Shown: positions 7,964-17,595, counted from the stretch's first letter. The stretch: 48,283 nucleotides of DNA from a bacterium (GCA_024277725.1 JAJRUP010000013.1:1-48283), one strand, 5' to 3'. The notes: generated by a model not told the origin, from the letters alone. Program-made: numbers and translations.

Positions 7964-9562
7964 ATGAAAATTCTGGTAGCTGCAGCCCTCGATCCGGCAG
8001 GTCTCGCCTTGCTGAAGGGTGTGGCACACGTCGAGGTTTTACCGTCTCCGGAGTGTACAACGGAAAAATTACGGCGGAAGATTGTGGAGGTCGAGGCACT
8101 GATCGCCGGCACCCGGACCCCCGTGAGCCGTGAAGTGATTGCGGCAGGAGATCGGCTTCGGGTGATCGGCCTGTTAGGGGTCGGCCGCCCGGCTCTCGAC
8201 GTGGAGGCCGCCACACGGAAAGGGGTGCTGGTTCTCCATGCACCGGGCAGTGTGACCGTCTCTGTTGCGGAGCATGCACTGGCATTGATCTTTGCGCTGG
8301 CCCGGAAGACGACGATGGCCGATGCGATCATGAAAAAGGGGAGTTGGGACCGGCAACCGTTGAAGGGACGGGAACTCCGGAAGAAGGTACTCGGGGTGAT
8401 CGGCTTCGGGGCCGTCGGTTCTCTGGTGGCGGCACGCGCCGCCGGACTGGAAATGGAGGTGGTCGTCTGCGATCCCTATCTGGCTGCCGACACGATCCGG
8501 CGGCAGGGGTTCCGGCCGGTTTTGCTGCCGGAGTTGCTGGAGTCCGCTGATGTGATCACGCTCCATGTCCCGCTCAATGTCGAAACGAGAGGGTTGAGCG
8601 GAAAGGAGGCGCTCTCCCGGATGAAGCGCGGAGTATTGCTGGTGAACTGTTCCGCCTCGGAGGTTGTCGATGAAACCGCCCTCTACGATCTTCTGATCAA
8701 GGGGCAGGTGCAAGGTTTTGCGCTTGATCTTCACCGGAAGGAACCATTGGAAGAGCATCCGCTCTATCTTTCCGACCGGGTGATTTGCACTCCCGAACTT
8801 TCCGCCTATACGGAAGAAGCCCTCAGCGGCGGATCGATGGAGATATCGAACTCCGTTATCGATTACCTGAAACGGGGGATCATTTCCCACGCCGTTAACC
8901 TGCCCGGCGGAGAACGGACAGGCGCTCCGGGGGATGTCCTCTGGCTTGACCTGGGCGAAGCGCTGGGACAGTTCGTCAGTCAGCTCCACCCCTACGGAAT
9001 CCAGGAGGTGATCGTTGAATGCGCCGGGGAAGATGGACTGCCGGGTATCTCTGCGTTGACCCAGGCAATCCTGGCGGGACTTTTGCATCCCGTCGTCGGG
9101 GACCGGGTCAATCGTGTCAATGCCCGAAGCCTTGCCGAAGAAAGAGGAATCCGGATTTCCGAAATGCGGAAAAGTACCAGCCCGAATTACCGGAAACTGG
9201 TGACGGTAAGGGTGAAAACCGATCCGGAGGAAGGAGAAGTCTCCGGCACCCTCTTGGATGATCGTATTCCCCGGATTGTCCGGATCGACGGATTCGATCT
9301 GGAGGCCGTACCCGACGGGGATTTTCTCGTCATCTTCAACCGGGACCGGCCCGGTGTGATCGCCGATGTCGGGGAAGCGCTGGGTCGGCACGGAATCAAT
9401 ATCGCCCAGATGTACAACGGCCGGGATGCGGTGGGCGGAAAGGCGATTACCCTGCTGTGTGTGGATGCAACGGTTTCCGGGGAGACGCTTAATGAGATCC
9501 GGGCATTTCCGAATATTCTGACGGCGTTGCATGTGAATCTGCAGGGCGCCGTCTCCCGGTAA
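7964..9562 (+). CDS. Type I D-3-phosphoglycerate dehydrogenase homologue (ASB + ACT domains), probably catalytically inactive
   Basis: Full SerA architecture (AEH, GxELxxKxLGVIGFG, TLHVP, ACT NRDRPGVI), but NCARG is NCSAS and TPH is TPE. Confidence 0.85.
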   Translation: MKILVAAALDPAGLALLKGVAHVEVLPSPECTTEKLRRKIVEVEALIAGTRTPVSREVIAAGDRLRVIGLLGVGRPALDVEAATRKGVLVLHAPGSVTVSVAEHALALIFALARKTTMADAIMKKGSWDRQPLKGRELRKKVLGVIGFGAVGSLVAARAAGLEMEVVVCDPYLAADTIRRQGFRPVLLPELLESADVITLHVPLNVETRGLSGKEALSRMKRGVLLVNCSASEVVDETALYDLLIKGQVQGFALDLHRKEPLEEHPLYLSDRVICTPELSAYTEEALSGGSMEISNSVIDYLKRGIISHAVNLPGGERTGAPGDVLWLDLGEALGQFVSQLHPYGIQEVIVECAGEDGLPGISALTQAILAGLLHPVVGDRVNRVNARSLAEERGIRISEMRKSTSPNYRKLVTVRVKTDPEEGEVSGTLLDDRIPRIVRIDGFDLEAVPDGDFLVIFNRDRPGVIADVGEALGRHGINIAQMYNGRDAVGGKAITLLCVDATVSGETLNEIRAFPNILTALHVNLQGAVSR

Positions 9563-11822
9563 AGCCTCGGAGAAATTGCAGGACCTCCCGGTGGACGGCG
9601 GAACCCTTCTCCAGGATGATGACATGCCGGTCCGTATCCACCATGACCAGCTTCTTTTCCTGTGATGCGATCCCTTCGTAGATCATCTTCGCGCTGACGG
9701 AATCGACCGTCGGGTCCTCTTTTCCCTGGATGATCAAGGCAGGGCAATAGACTTCCGGCAGTACTTCTTCCGTCCTCTCCATGGTATGCTGGAATTCCTT
9801 GAGGGCGCTGATCGGAATATTCTGGTAGTTGATCTCCGGATTTTCCGGATCGCCCCGTGTGAAACGCTTGATACCGTCGAGGTAGGGCAGGACACTGACT
9901 AACTGATTGATTCGGTGGACGAGACCGGCGAAGAAGATGTTCTTGTCGCGGATCTTCAGCGGCGTAGAGATCGTAACGAGACCGTCTACTACGTTTCCCT
10001 TTTCTTCCGCCAGCATGAGCGCCAGATTCCCTCCCATGGAAAAGCCGATAACCACGACCTTCTCACAGACCTTGCGCAGGACATCCCACCCCCGAAGGGT
10101 GGAACGGTACCATTGGCTCAGGGTTCGAAAATCAAGATCACAGGGGGAAGTCCCGTGTCCTTTCAGGCGGACGCCGTAAACCCCGAAGCCCTGTGACGAG
10201 AGAAATTCACCGAGGGGACGTATCTCGGCAGGGGATGCCGTAAATCCGTGGATCAACAGGATCCCGACATCCTGCGAGCTGTGATCGGCGGGGGGGAAGA
10301 AGAAAGGGGCGCCGGAGAAGGTTTTCGTTTCCTGCCGGTTGATCTCGTCATATTTCGCCGCACAGAAGATGTCTCGGTCTCTTTCGTAACTGCGCAGGTC
10401 ATCGTCATAGAGCATTGCCGCACAGGATCGGGGTTGGTTGAGCTTGTCGAAATGGGTCAGCACCTCCCGGATGGCTTTCCGAATGGCCGGGATGGGCCGC
10501 ACTTCGTTATAGCGAACCTTCAGGAAGTTTTTGATCCGGATTTCATCAAAATCGTATTCTTCCCCCAGGGCCGGGAGAAAGAAGTAACGGTCTTCCCGGA
10601 TCCGGATCAGGCCGACGGCGGCCGCCTGCAGAAGGATGTCCCGGATGTCCCGATTGTTGTGGGAGAGCAGGGAGTCGTAGCGATCCGGGTTCAACAGACT
10701 GCGGTGCAGAAAAACCTGTTCCGATTTCTGGACCTTCTTGATCGTCATATAGAGCGCCTGGTCGAAGAAGTCCCGGGAGACTTCCCGCTGCTTGTAATGT
10801 TGGAGCAGCTCAAAGATCAGTTCCGCACAAAGGTGCCCGATGTTCACGGTAATAAGGGAATAGATCGATTGCATGTAATCGACCATGATCCGTTCGGAAA
10901 GGATCTCCGATCGGATCATCTCCATCCGTGTCAGCAGTCGGGAGGAGGCACTCTTGAGAATACGTCTTTTCTCAACAAAGTACCGTGTGCGCAGCAACGA
11001 GACATCGGTTCGTTTGAAGTAGTCCGGGATCTCGATCGGCTTTCCCAGGCGGATGTCCATATCCGTATCCTTGAAAAGGATATTCCCCTCGATGATCAGT
11101 TCCTCTTCCATCCGTTCATTGGTGATCTTTCCGAGGCGTTCCGCCACCTTGATCAGAAAGTTTTCATCGCCCCGCAGAGGGTAGAAGGTGATATTGGCCG
11201 GTACGATCCGAACGGGTTCGGAGGCGATCTCCAGTGCCCGGTCGATATCCTCGGCATGGAGCATGGCTGCGATCTCGTTCATCTTCTGATCGTTTTTCCG
11301 TTCATAGGCCAGACGGAAGAGATCCCGGATCTGTTGGGCATAGAGGGCGATCACGGCGGCGCCGGTATGGGGTTTTCGGTATTTCCCTTTTTCACGGGAA
11401 TAGATGCGAAAGCGTCCTTTCGGCCCCAGAACCCGGCGGTTCTTGATCATCGCCCCTTCCGGGAAGATCACCGCCTTGTATCCCCGGTTGATCTCGCAGG
11501 CCATGAAATGGATGACATTCTCCAGGTCGGTCGGGATGGCACCGATCCCTGCCAGGTAATGTCCGAAGGCACCATCGTTGAAAAGTTCCGGTGCCGCCAG
11601 TGAGCGGCACATGATCCCCGTGTGGTCATAGATCAGATATTGGGGGATAAAGGTCTCGAAACGGGCGAAGTGATTGAAGAGGAAGATATCCCCTTGCCGG
11701 AACTGATCTTCCAGATTGTGAAGCTTGATATTGACCTTCAGGAACCGGCGCAGGATGTCGAGAACCAGCCGCGTCTTCTTGTAACTCTTTTCATTGATGA
11801 TGAGGTCTTTCTCCGACACCAT
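9489..11822 (-). CDS. Glycerolipid acyltransferase (PlsB/PlsC-like) fused to C-terminal alpha/beta-hydrolase (carboxylesterase/monoacylglycerol lipase-like)
   Basis: N-terminal FNHFARFE and IFPEG blocks; C-terminal LIHGFTASP, GFSMGG nucleophile elbow, DPTV and RHVI. Confidence 0.8.
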   Translation of the reverse strand: MVSEKDLIINEKSYKKTRLVLDILRRFLKVNIKLHNLEDQFRQGDIFLFNHFARFETFIPQYLIYDHTGIMCRSLAAPELFNDGAFGHYLAGIGAIPTDLENVIHFMACEINRGYKAVIFPEGAMIKNRRVLGPKGRFRIYSREKGKYRKPHTGAAVIALYAQQIRDLFRLAYERKNDQKMNEIAAMLHAEDIDRALEIASEPVRIVPANITFYPLRGDENFLIKVAERLGKITNERMEEELIIEGNILFKDTDMDIRLGKPIEIPDYFKRTDVSLLRTRYFVEKRRILKSASSRLLTRMEMIRSEILSERIMVDYMQSIYSLITVNIGHLCAELIFELLQHYKQREVSRDFFDQALYMTIKKVQKSEQVFLHRSLLNPDRYDSLLSHNNRDIRDILLQAAAVGLIRIREDRYFFLPALGEEYDFDEIRIKNFLKVRYNEVRPIPAIRKAIREVLTHFDKLNQPRSCAAMLYDDDLRSYERDRDIFCAAKYDEINRQETKTFSGAPFFFPPADHSSQDVGILLIHGFTASPAEIRPLGEFLSSQGFGVYGVRLKGHGTSPCDLDFRTLSQWYRSTLRGWDVLRKVCEKVVVIGFSMGGNLALMLAEEKGNVVDGLVTISTPLKIRDKNIFFAGLVHRINQLVSVLPYLDGIKRFTRGDPENPEINYQNIPISALKEFQHTMERTEEVLPEVYCPALIIQGKEDPTVDSVSAKMIYEGIASQEKKLVMVDTDRHVIILEKGSAVHREVLQFLRGFTGRRRPADSHATPSEYSEMPGSH

Positions 11823-12008
11823 GCAACGGCTCCTCTTGCGGGAATCCTAAGTTACTGGAATTATTATAATTTTACCATTTATTTTCAGAAACAGCAAGGC
11901 AGGGAAAACGGATTCTATCATTTATATTGCAGGAGGTCTGTGAAATGTTTTCCTTGTAACCCCCTTTCTCCAAAGATATAATAGGGTTGAATTTTTCAGG
12001 GAGTTGAT

Positions 12009-12980
12009 TTGGCGGAAAAGCGTGCACAGACCCTTCTGAGTGTCGACCCGGCCAATATGCCTCTTCTTTACGGGCGCAATGATGAGAATCTTGACCTGAT
12101 CGAGAAGCTTTTCAAGATCCGGATTTCCGCCCGGGGCAAAAAGATGGAGCTTCGCGGAGAGACGGAAAGGGTGGACCAGGCCCGGAATGCCCTGGAGGAA
12201 TTGAACCGTTCCCTTTCCAACGGGACGATCCAGGCCGAAGATATGGGGTTTGCCATTCGCGCCCTGGCCGACCATGGCAAAGTAGTGCTGACGGAACTGC
12301 TCAGCGGGGGGATTCGTGTTCCCTCCCGCAAGAAGGTGATCCTCCCCAAGACCCCGGCCCAGCGCAGGTATATTGATGCAATCCGGCGTTACGACGTGGT
12401 CCTCGGGATCGGACCGGCGGGGACCGGCAAGACCTACCTGGCGATGGCCATGGCCGTTTCCGCTTTGTCCAACCAGGAGGTGGGGCGGATTATCCTGACC
12501 CGTCCGGCGGTGGAGGCGGGTGAACACCTTGGCTTTCTTCCCGGCGATCTTTATCAGAAAATCCATCCCTATCTGCGTCCCCTCTATGATGCGTTGTACG
12601 ATATGATGGATCCCGACCGGGCGAACCGGCTGATCGAGCGGGGAACAATCGAAATTGCACCGTTGGCGTATATGCGCGGCCGTACTCTGAATGACTCCTT
12701 CATTATCCTCGATGAGGGACAGAACACGACCCGGGAGCAGATGAAGATGTTTCTGACTCGTCTCGGATTCAATTCCCGGGTTGTGTTGACGGGGGATATT
12801 ACCCAGGTCGATCTTCCGAAGGAAAAGCGTTCCGGTCTGATCCATGCCAAGGAGATCCTGGATGGAATTACGGGAATCCGGATCTCGCTTTTTTCGAATA
12901 AAGATGTGATCCGTCACAAACTGGTGCAGGACATCATCCGGGCCTATGAGAAAGATGAAAAAGTGACGGAAGAGAAATGA
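12009..12980 (+). CDS. phoH: PhoH-like ATPase (KH + PhoH; YbeZ type)
   Basis: [32 protein letters not shown] and DEGQN motifs. Confidence 0.95.
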   Translation: MAEKRAQTLLSVDPANMPLLYGRNDENLDLIEKLFKIRISARGKKMELRGETERVDQARNALEELNRSLSNGTIQAEDMGFAIRALADHGKVVLTELLSGGIRVPSRKKVILPKTPAQRRYIDAIRRYDVVLGIGPAGTGKTYLAMAMAVSALSNQEVGRIILTRPAVEAGEHLGFLPGDLYQKIHPYLRPLYDALYDMMDPDRANRLIERGTIEIAPLAYMRGRTLNDSFIILDEGQNTTREQMKMFLTRLGFNSRVVLTGDITQVDLPKEKRSGLIHAKEILDGITGIRISLFSNKDVIRHKLVQDIIRAYEKDEKVTEEK

Positions 12981-15500
12981 GTGCCGCCGATGATCAACGG
13001 TAAGGAAAGTCGCAAAAAGAGCAAAACCCTCTCCGATCGGATCCGGCTCCGGTGGGAAACGTTCCGTAAATTTTTGCAGAACGGTTTCCGGATTGAGGGG
13101 GTTCCCTTTTACCAAGCCCCCCGGTTTCTGAAGGCGCTCCTGATTTGCAGCGTCGTGGTTGCCCTCAGTTTTCTCCTCCTGCCCGATATCGAGTTTGTTT
13201 CCTCCCGGTATCAGATCGGCTCCATCAGTCCGAAAAACATCAAGGCACCGCAGGACCTGGATGTTCCGGATCTGAAAGCGACCGAAGAGAAACGCCGACA
13301 GGTCATGGAAGACACCTTGTCGGTTTATGATTTTGATCTGGTCATCGTAACGCGATTGGGTAAGGAAATCCAGGACGCTTTCACGCTGATGAATCGCTAT
13401 TACGTGGGAAAACGTCTCCGGGCTGAAAACCAGGGGCTGGAGAAGGAGGTGGTCCGGGAACGACAGGGCACTCCCCCGGCCGAAGGAGAAGAACCGCCGC
13501 GTACGGAGAAGGAATTGCTGGAAGAGGGACATCGGAAGTTTGAGGAGATCCTGCAAATCAAGCTGCCCAAAAAGACGATGCAGGTCCTCGACCGGGAAGA
13601 GTTCTCTTCCGACCTTGCCGCGGCGGTCAATCTCCTGGTGAAGATGGTGATGAACCGCGGTGTGGTCAGCAGTCCCGATCTGCTCCTCAAAGAGGCGGAT
13701 AAAGGGATCGTGATTAAGGGGATCGGTGAGGACTTCGAGAAAAAGATCTCCGATATCAACGTCTTCCTGGACTTGAAATCGGCCCGCAAAAGTATTGCCG
13801 AATATTCCGATCCTTTTTTCGCGTCCCTTCCCCGCGATACGGCAAAGGCCGTCAGAGAGGTCGCCTCTCTTCTGATCGTTCCCAACCTGACCTTTAACAA
13901 GAACGAAACGGAACTGCGCAAGGCCCGGGAACGGGATGCCGTCAAGACGGTCTACTTCAAGATCCAGAAGGGGGAGATGATCGTCCGGGAAGGGGAGCGG
14001 ATTACGGAACACCATATGGTGAAACTCAATGCGCTCAATGCGACGCAAAAAGAGAGCAATCTAGTTCAGACCTTCTTCGGGCTTGTCTTCTTTAACGCCA
14101 TCCTTCTCGGAATCTTCCTGATCTATATCAACCGTTTCAAACAGCCGATCTCGCAGGACCTGCAGAAACTGACTCTCCTCGGCCTGATTATTGTCGGTTC
14201 CCTGGGGTTGATCAAGGCCTTTTACTGGGTTGCGCAGATTGTGATGGCGAACCTGGAATTCGTGGAACCCTCATCCATCCTTCTCGGGATTCCCTTCGCC
14301 TTCTGCGGCATGATGATCGGTGTCCTCTTCGAAATCCGGATCTTCATCTTTCCGATCCTCATGATCAGTATTCTCTCGGGAATGATGATCCATGAAGACC
14401 TTTCTTTTACTCTCTACGCCTTGGTCGGCAATGTGATTGCCGCATTGACGGTGCAGAACTGCCGACGGCGGAGCGCTCTGCTGCGGGGCGGAATGATCGT
14501 GGGGGGGACGAACATTCTGACGGCATTGTCGATCTCTATTCTCCACAACGATTTGAGTTTGGCCCGGGGGGTGGATGATGCCGTCTTTGCCTTTTTCGGC
14601 GGTCTCCTCGTTTCCGTCCTGGTCTCCTGGCTTGTCCCGCTGCTGGAAAGTCTCTTCAAGATCACAACGGATATCCGTCTGCTGGAACTTTCCGACACCA
14701 ATCAGCGCGTTCTCAAGGATCTCCTCGTCCATGCACCGGGGACTTATCAGCATTCTCTGATGGTCGGGAACCTGGCCGAGGAGGCGGCCGAAGCGGTGGG
14801 AGCGAATCCGCTCCTGACCCGGGTCAGTTCGCTCTACCATGATATCGGCAAGATTCAAAAGGCGGAGTATTTCGTGGAGAACCAGATCAATCTGGAAAAC
14901 CGTCACGACAAATTAACGCCGAGCATGAGTGCCCTGATCCTGATCTCTCACATCAAGGATGGTGTGGAACTGGCAAGGGAGAACAAGCTCCCGCCGGCGA
15001 TCCTCGATATCATTCGTCAGCATCACGGAACGAGTCTGATTACCTTTTTCTTTCAAAAGGCCAAGGACCGGGAGAATCCTTCCATCCATGCCGTCAAGGA
15101 GGAGGACTTCCGTTATCCCGGTCCCAAACCGCAGACGAAGGAGGCGGCGATCGTCATGATTACCGATGCCGTCGAGGCGGCCTCCCGGGTCCTTGCCGGT
15201 CCCAATCCGTCCCGGATTGAGGGGATGGTGAACAAGATCCTGGAGCGGATCTACATTGACGGTCAGCTCGATGAATGCGACCTGACCCTGAAGGATCTCC
15301 GGAAGATCAAACGGAGCCTGCTGCCGATCCTGACGAGCATCCATCATCACAGGATCGATTATCCTTCCGTAAAGTTGACGGACGAAAATGGGGGAAGCCG
15401 CAAGGATGAAAATCCAGCTCAATCGGCAGGGGTCGATGCCAAAGGATCCCGGGGAACTGGCGACATCGGTCTTGAAAAAAGTCTTCGAAATCGTCCGTAA
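12981..15500 (+). CDS. pgpH: 7TM-HD phosphohydrolase, cyclic-di-AMP phosphodiesterase PgpH type
   Basis: Extracytoplasmic domain, multiple TM helices, APGTYQHS, YHDIGK, QHHGT, FRYPGPKPQTKEAAI and HHRIDYP motifs. Confidence 0.88.
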   Translation: MPPMINGKESRKKSKTLSDRIRLRWETFRKFLQNGFRIEGVPFYQAPRFLKALLICSVVVALSFLLLPDIEFVSSRYQIGSISPKNIKAPQDLDVPDLKATEEKRRQVMEDTLSVYDFDLVIVTRLGKEIQDAFTLMNRYYVGKRLRAENQGLEKEVVRERQGTPPAEGEEPPRTEKELLEEGHRKFEEILQIKLPKKTMQVLDREEFSSDLAAAVNLLVKMVMNRGVVSSPDLLLKEADKGIVIKGIGEDFEKKISDINVFLDLKSARKSIAEYSDPFFASLPRDTAKAVREVASLLIVPNLTFNKNETELRKARERDAVKTVYFKIQKGEMIVREGERITEHHMVKLNALNATQKESNLVQTFFGLVFFNAILLGIFLIYINRFKQPISQDLQKLTLLGLIIVGSLGLIKAFYWVAQIVMANLEFVEPSSILLGIPFAFCGMMIGVLFEIRIFIFPILMISILSGMMIHEDLSFTLYALVGNVIAALTVQNCRRRSALLRGGMIVGGTNILTALSISILHNDLSLARGVDDAVFAFFGGLLVSVLVSWLVPLLESLFKITTDIRLLELSDTNQRVLKDLLVHAPGTYQHSLMVGNLAEEAAEAVGANPLLTRVSSLYHDIGKIQKAEYFVENQINLENRHDKLTPSMSALILISHIKDGVELARENKLPPAILDIIRQHHGTSLITFFFQKAKDRENPSIHAVKEEDFRYPGPKPQTKEAAIVMITDAVEAASRVLAGPNPSRIEGMVNKILERIYIDGQLDECDLTLKDLRKIKRSLLPILTSIHHHRIDYPSVKLTDENGGSRKDENPAQSAGVDAKGSRGTGDIGLEKSLRNRP

Positions 15501-15858
15501 AGACGGCGAGGTCAGCCTCCTGCTGGTCGATGACCCGACGATCCGAAAACTCAACCGGGAATACCGTGGCCTGGATCGCCCCACCGATGTACTCTCCTTT
15601 GCCTTGAACGAGGGAGATTCCCCCGATCCTTCACCGGAGATGTGGGGGGATATCGTGATCTCCGTTGAGTGTGCCCTCCGTCAGGCGGAAACGTACGGTC
15701 ACTCCTTTGAGATGGAGATGGCCCGTTTGCTGATTCATGGCGCTCTGCATCTCCTTGGATACGACCACGAGATTTCTGAAAGCGAAGACAAGCGGATGCG
15801 GATGCGGGAGGCCGGAATCCTTCAGGTGTTGCAGGAGGAAGGATTGATCCGGCCATGA
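15406..15858 (+). CDS. ybeY: rRNA maturation endoribonuclease YbeY
   Basis: LNREYRGLDRPTDVLSF and IHGALHLLGYDH motifs. Confidence 0.95.
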   Translation: MKIQLNRQGSMPKDPGELATSVLKKVFEIVRKDGEVSLLLVDDPTIRKLNREYRGLDRPTDVLSFALNEGDSPDPSPEMWGDIVISVECALRQAETYGHSFEMEMARLLIHGALHLLGYDHEISESEDKRMRMREAGILQVLQEEGLIRP

Positions 15859-15894
15859 GGAATGATGATATGAGAAAGGATGCGATCAAGAGAA

Positions 15895-17205
15895 ATGGCA
15901 TTTTTTAAACGAAAGAAAAAAGACCAGCGAATTGATGAAATCACGGCATGGGCGGAGTCCTACCGGGAGGGGCGGAACAAAGAGGAAGAGGACCTTCTTC
16001 AGGCACCTGCTCCAACGGAAGCAGTGAACGCCGAGGAAGAAAGGGAGGCTGCAGAAACCCTTGGAGGAACTCCCTTAACCGTCGATCTCCTGGAAGAAAT
16101 TGATACCGACCCCCTCCGGGAGGTTGAAGAAGTCCTGCCGCAGGGAGAAGAGGAGCCGTTTCAGCAGGAAAGGGTCGAACCGGAGGAGTCCGACGGGAGG
16201 ATCGAGGTCCTCGGAACGGTGGAGGAGAGGACCGGGGAAGTTCGACCCGTTGAGGAGGAGGCGGAACCGGAAGTCGAGGAGACGTCCGCCGCAATCTCTT
16301 TCTTCCAACGATTGCGTGCGGGGCTTTCCCGTACACGGGAGGGGTTGATCGGCCGGATCGACCGGCTCTTTTCGGTAGGCAAAAAAATCGATGCCGAGAC
16401 CCTGGAAGAGTTGGAAGAGATCCTCGTCGAATCCGATATCGGCGTCGGGAATGCCCTGGCCCTGATCGAGAAGATCCGGGAACGGATCGGGAGGAAGGAG
16501 CTGAAGGATGCACAGGTTATCAAGGAGTGCATCCGGGAGGACCTGGCTGCCGTGCTCGCCGGAAACGACTATGCCCTGAACCGTCCGGAGAACGATCCTT
16601 ATGTGATCATGGTGGTTGGCGTGAACGGGGCCGGCAAGACGACAACCATCGGCAAACTCGCCCATCGATACACCCGGGCGGGGGAAGGCGTGTTGTTGGC
16701 CGCCGGGGATACCTTCCGGGCGGCAGCAACGGAGCAGCTGGAGATCTGGGGGGAGCGGGTCGGTGCGGAAGTGATTCGTCATCAGAGCGGCGCCGATCCC
16801 TCGGCCGTGGTCTTCGATGCCCTCAAGGCGGCCGCATCCCGTCAGGTTCCCGTCGTCATTGCCGATACGGCAGGCAGACTGCACACCCAGGTCAACCTGA
16901 TGGAAGAGTTGAAGAAGATGAAGCGGGTCATGGGCAAAGTGGTACCCGGTGCTCCGCACGAAGTACTCCTGGTTCTCGATGCCACTACCGGACAGAACGC
17001 CCTGTCGCAGGCCCGGATCTTCCATGAGACCGTCGGAGTGACCGGGATTGTGTTGACCAAGCTTGACGGAACGGCAAAGGGGGGGATCGTCACGGCCATT
17101 ACGGCGGAACTCGGTATCCCCGTCAAGCTGATCGGGATCGGCGAAGGAATGGAGGATCTGCGGGACTTCCATCCCGAAGAGTTCGTCAGTGCATTGTTCG
17201 AATAA
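15895..17205 (+). CDS. ftsY: Signal recognition particle receptor FtsY with acidic N-terminal region
   Basis: GVNGAGKTTT, DTFRAAA, DTAGR and TKLDGTAKGG motifs. Confidence 0.96.
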   Translation: MAFFKRKKKDQRIDEITAWAESYREGRNKEEEDLLQAPAPTEAVNAEEEREAAETLGGTPLTVDLLEEIDTDPLREVEEVLPQGEEEPFQQERVEPEESDGRIEVLGTVEERTGEVRPVEEEAEPEVEETSAAISFFQRLRAGLSRTREGLIGRIDRLFSVGKKIDAETLEELEEILVESDIGVGNALALIEKIRERIGRKELKDAQVIKECIREDLAAVLAGNDYALNRPENDPYVIMVVGVNGAGKTTTIGKLAHRYTRAGEGVLLAAGDTFRAAATEQLEIWGERVGAEVIRHQSGADPSAVVFDALKAAASRQVPVVIADTAGRLHTQVNLMEELKKMKRVMGKVVPGAPHEVLLVLDATTGQNALSQARIFHETVGVTGIVLTKLDGTAKGGIVTAITAELGIPVKLIGIGEGMEDLRDFHPEEFVSALFE

Positions 17206-17230
17206 TCGGGAAGTGAATCGTTCTGCGATG

Positions 17231-17384
17231 CTATTGTCATATCAACCATGGATTGACGGGAACCTTTCCCCCTCACCTCAGTCCTCTCCCCAAGGGGAGA
17301 GGAAGTATTCCTTCTCCCTGCGGGGAGAAGGTTAGGATGAGGGGGACGATCCCAACCGACAGTATAAAGTTGACAGGGCGATAG
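17231..17384. repeat. Nested palindromic REP-like element (CCCTCACC..CCTCTCCC..GGGAGAGG core) within 16-bp imperfect inverted repeats
   Basis: Core 17267-17346 has two hairpins and an outer IR. Flanks CTATTGTCATATCAAC and GTTGACAGGGCGATAG are complementary at 12/16 positions. Confidence 0.65.
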
Positions 17385-17497
17385 GCTTCGTGAAGGGGTT
17401 GCTCTCCCCCTTCGGAGGAGTTGGGAAATACTCTATAAAACGGATCTTTCATTCCTGTCGATCCTGTTCATCCTGTCGAACAGGTTTGATCTTTGTT

Positions 17498-17595
17498 TTT
17501 AATCTCTTTTAGGGTCTAATTCCCCGCAGCTTGCTGCGAGTGATGTGCCGAATAGAGAAGTTGATACCCCGCTGCTTGCGGCGGGGTAGTTCATT
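17498..17595 (-). mobile_element. Non-autonomous IS200/IS605-end-like palindromic element, copy 1
   Basis: Reverse complement matches 48068-48166 with 1 substitution and 1 indel; two hairpins CCCCGC(C/A)GCAAGC(A/T)GCGGGG. Confidence 0.8.

Noticed and set aside
11922-14048. 708-aa minus-strand ORF; similarly 35017-36951, 37895-39475, 8174-9625, 10248-11603, 5438-6697 and 42656-43978
   Set aside because: Antisense shadows of well-supported genes, expected from codon bias; no recognisable motifs.
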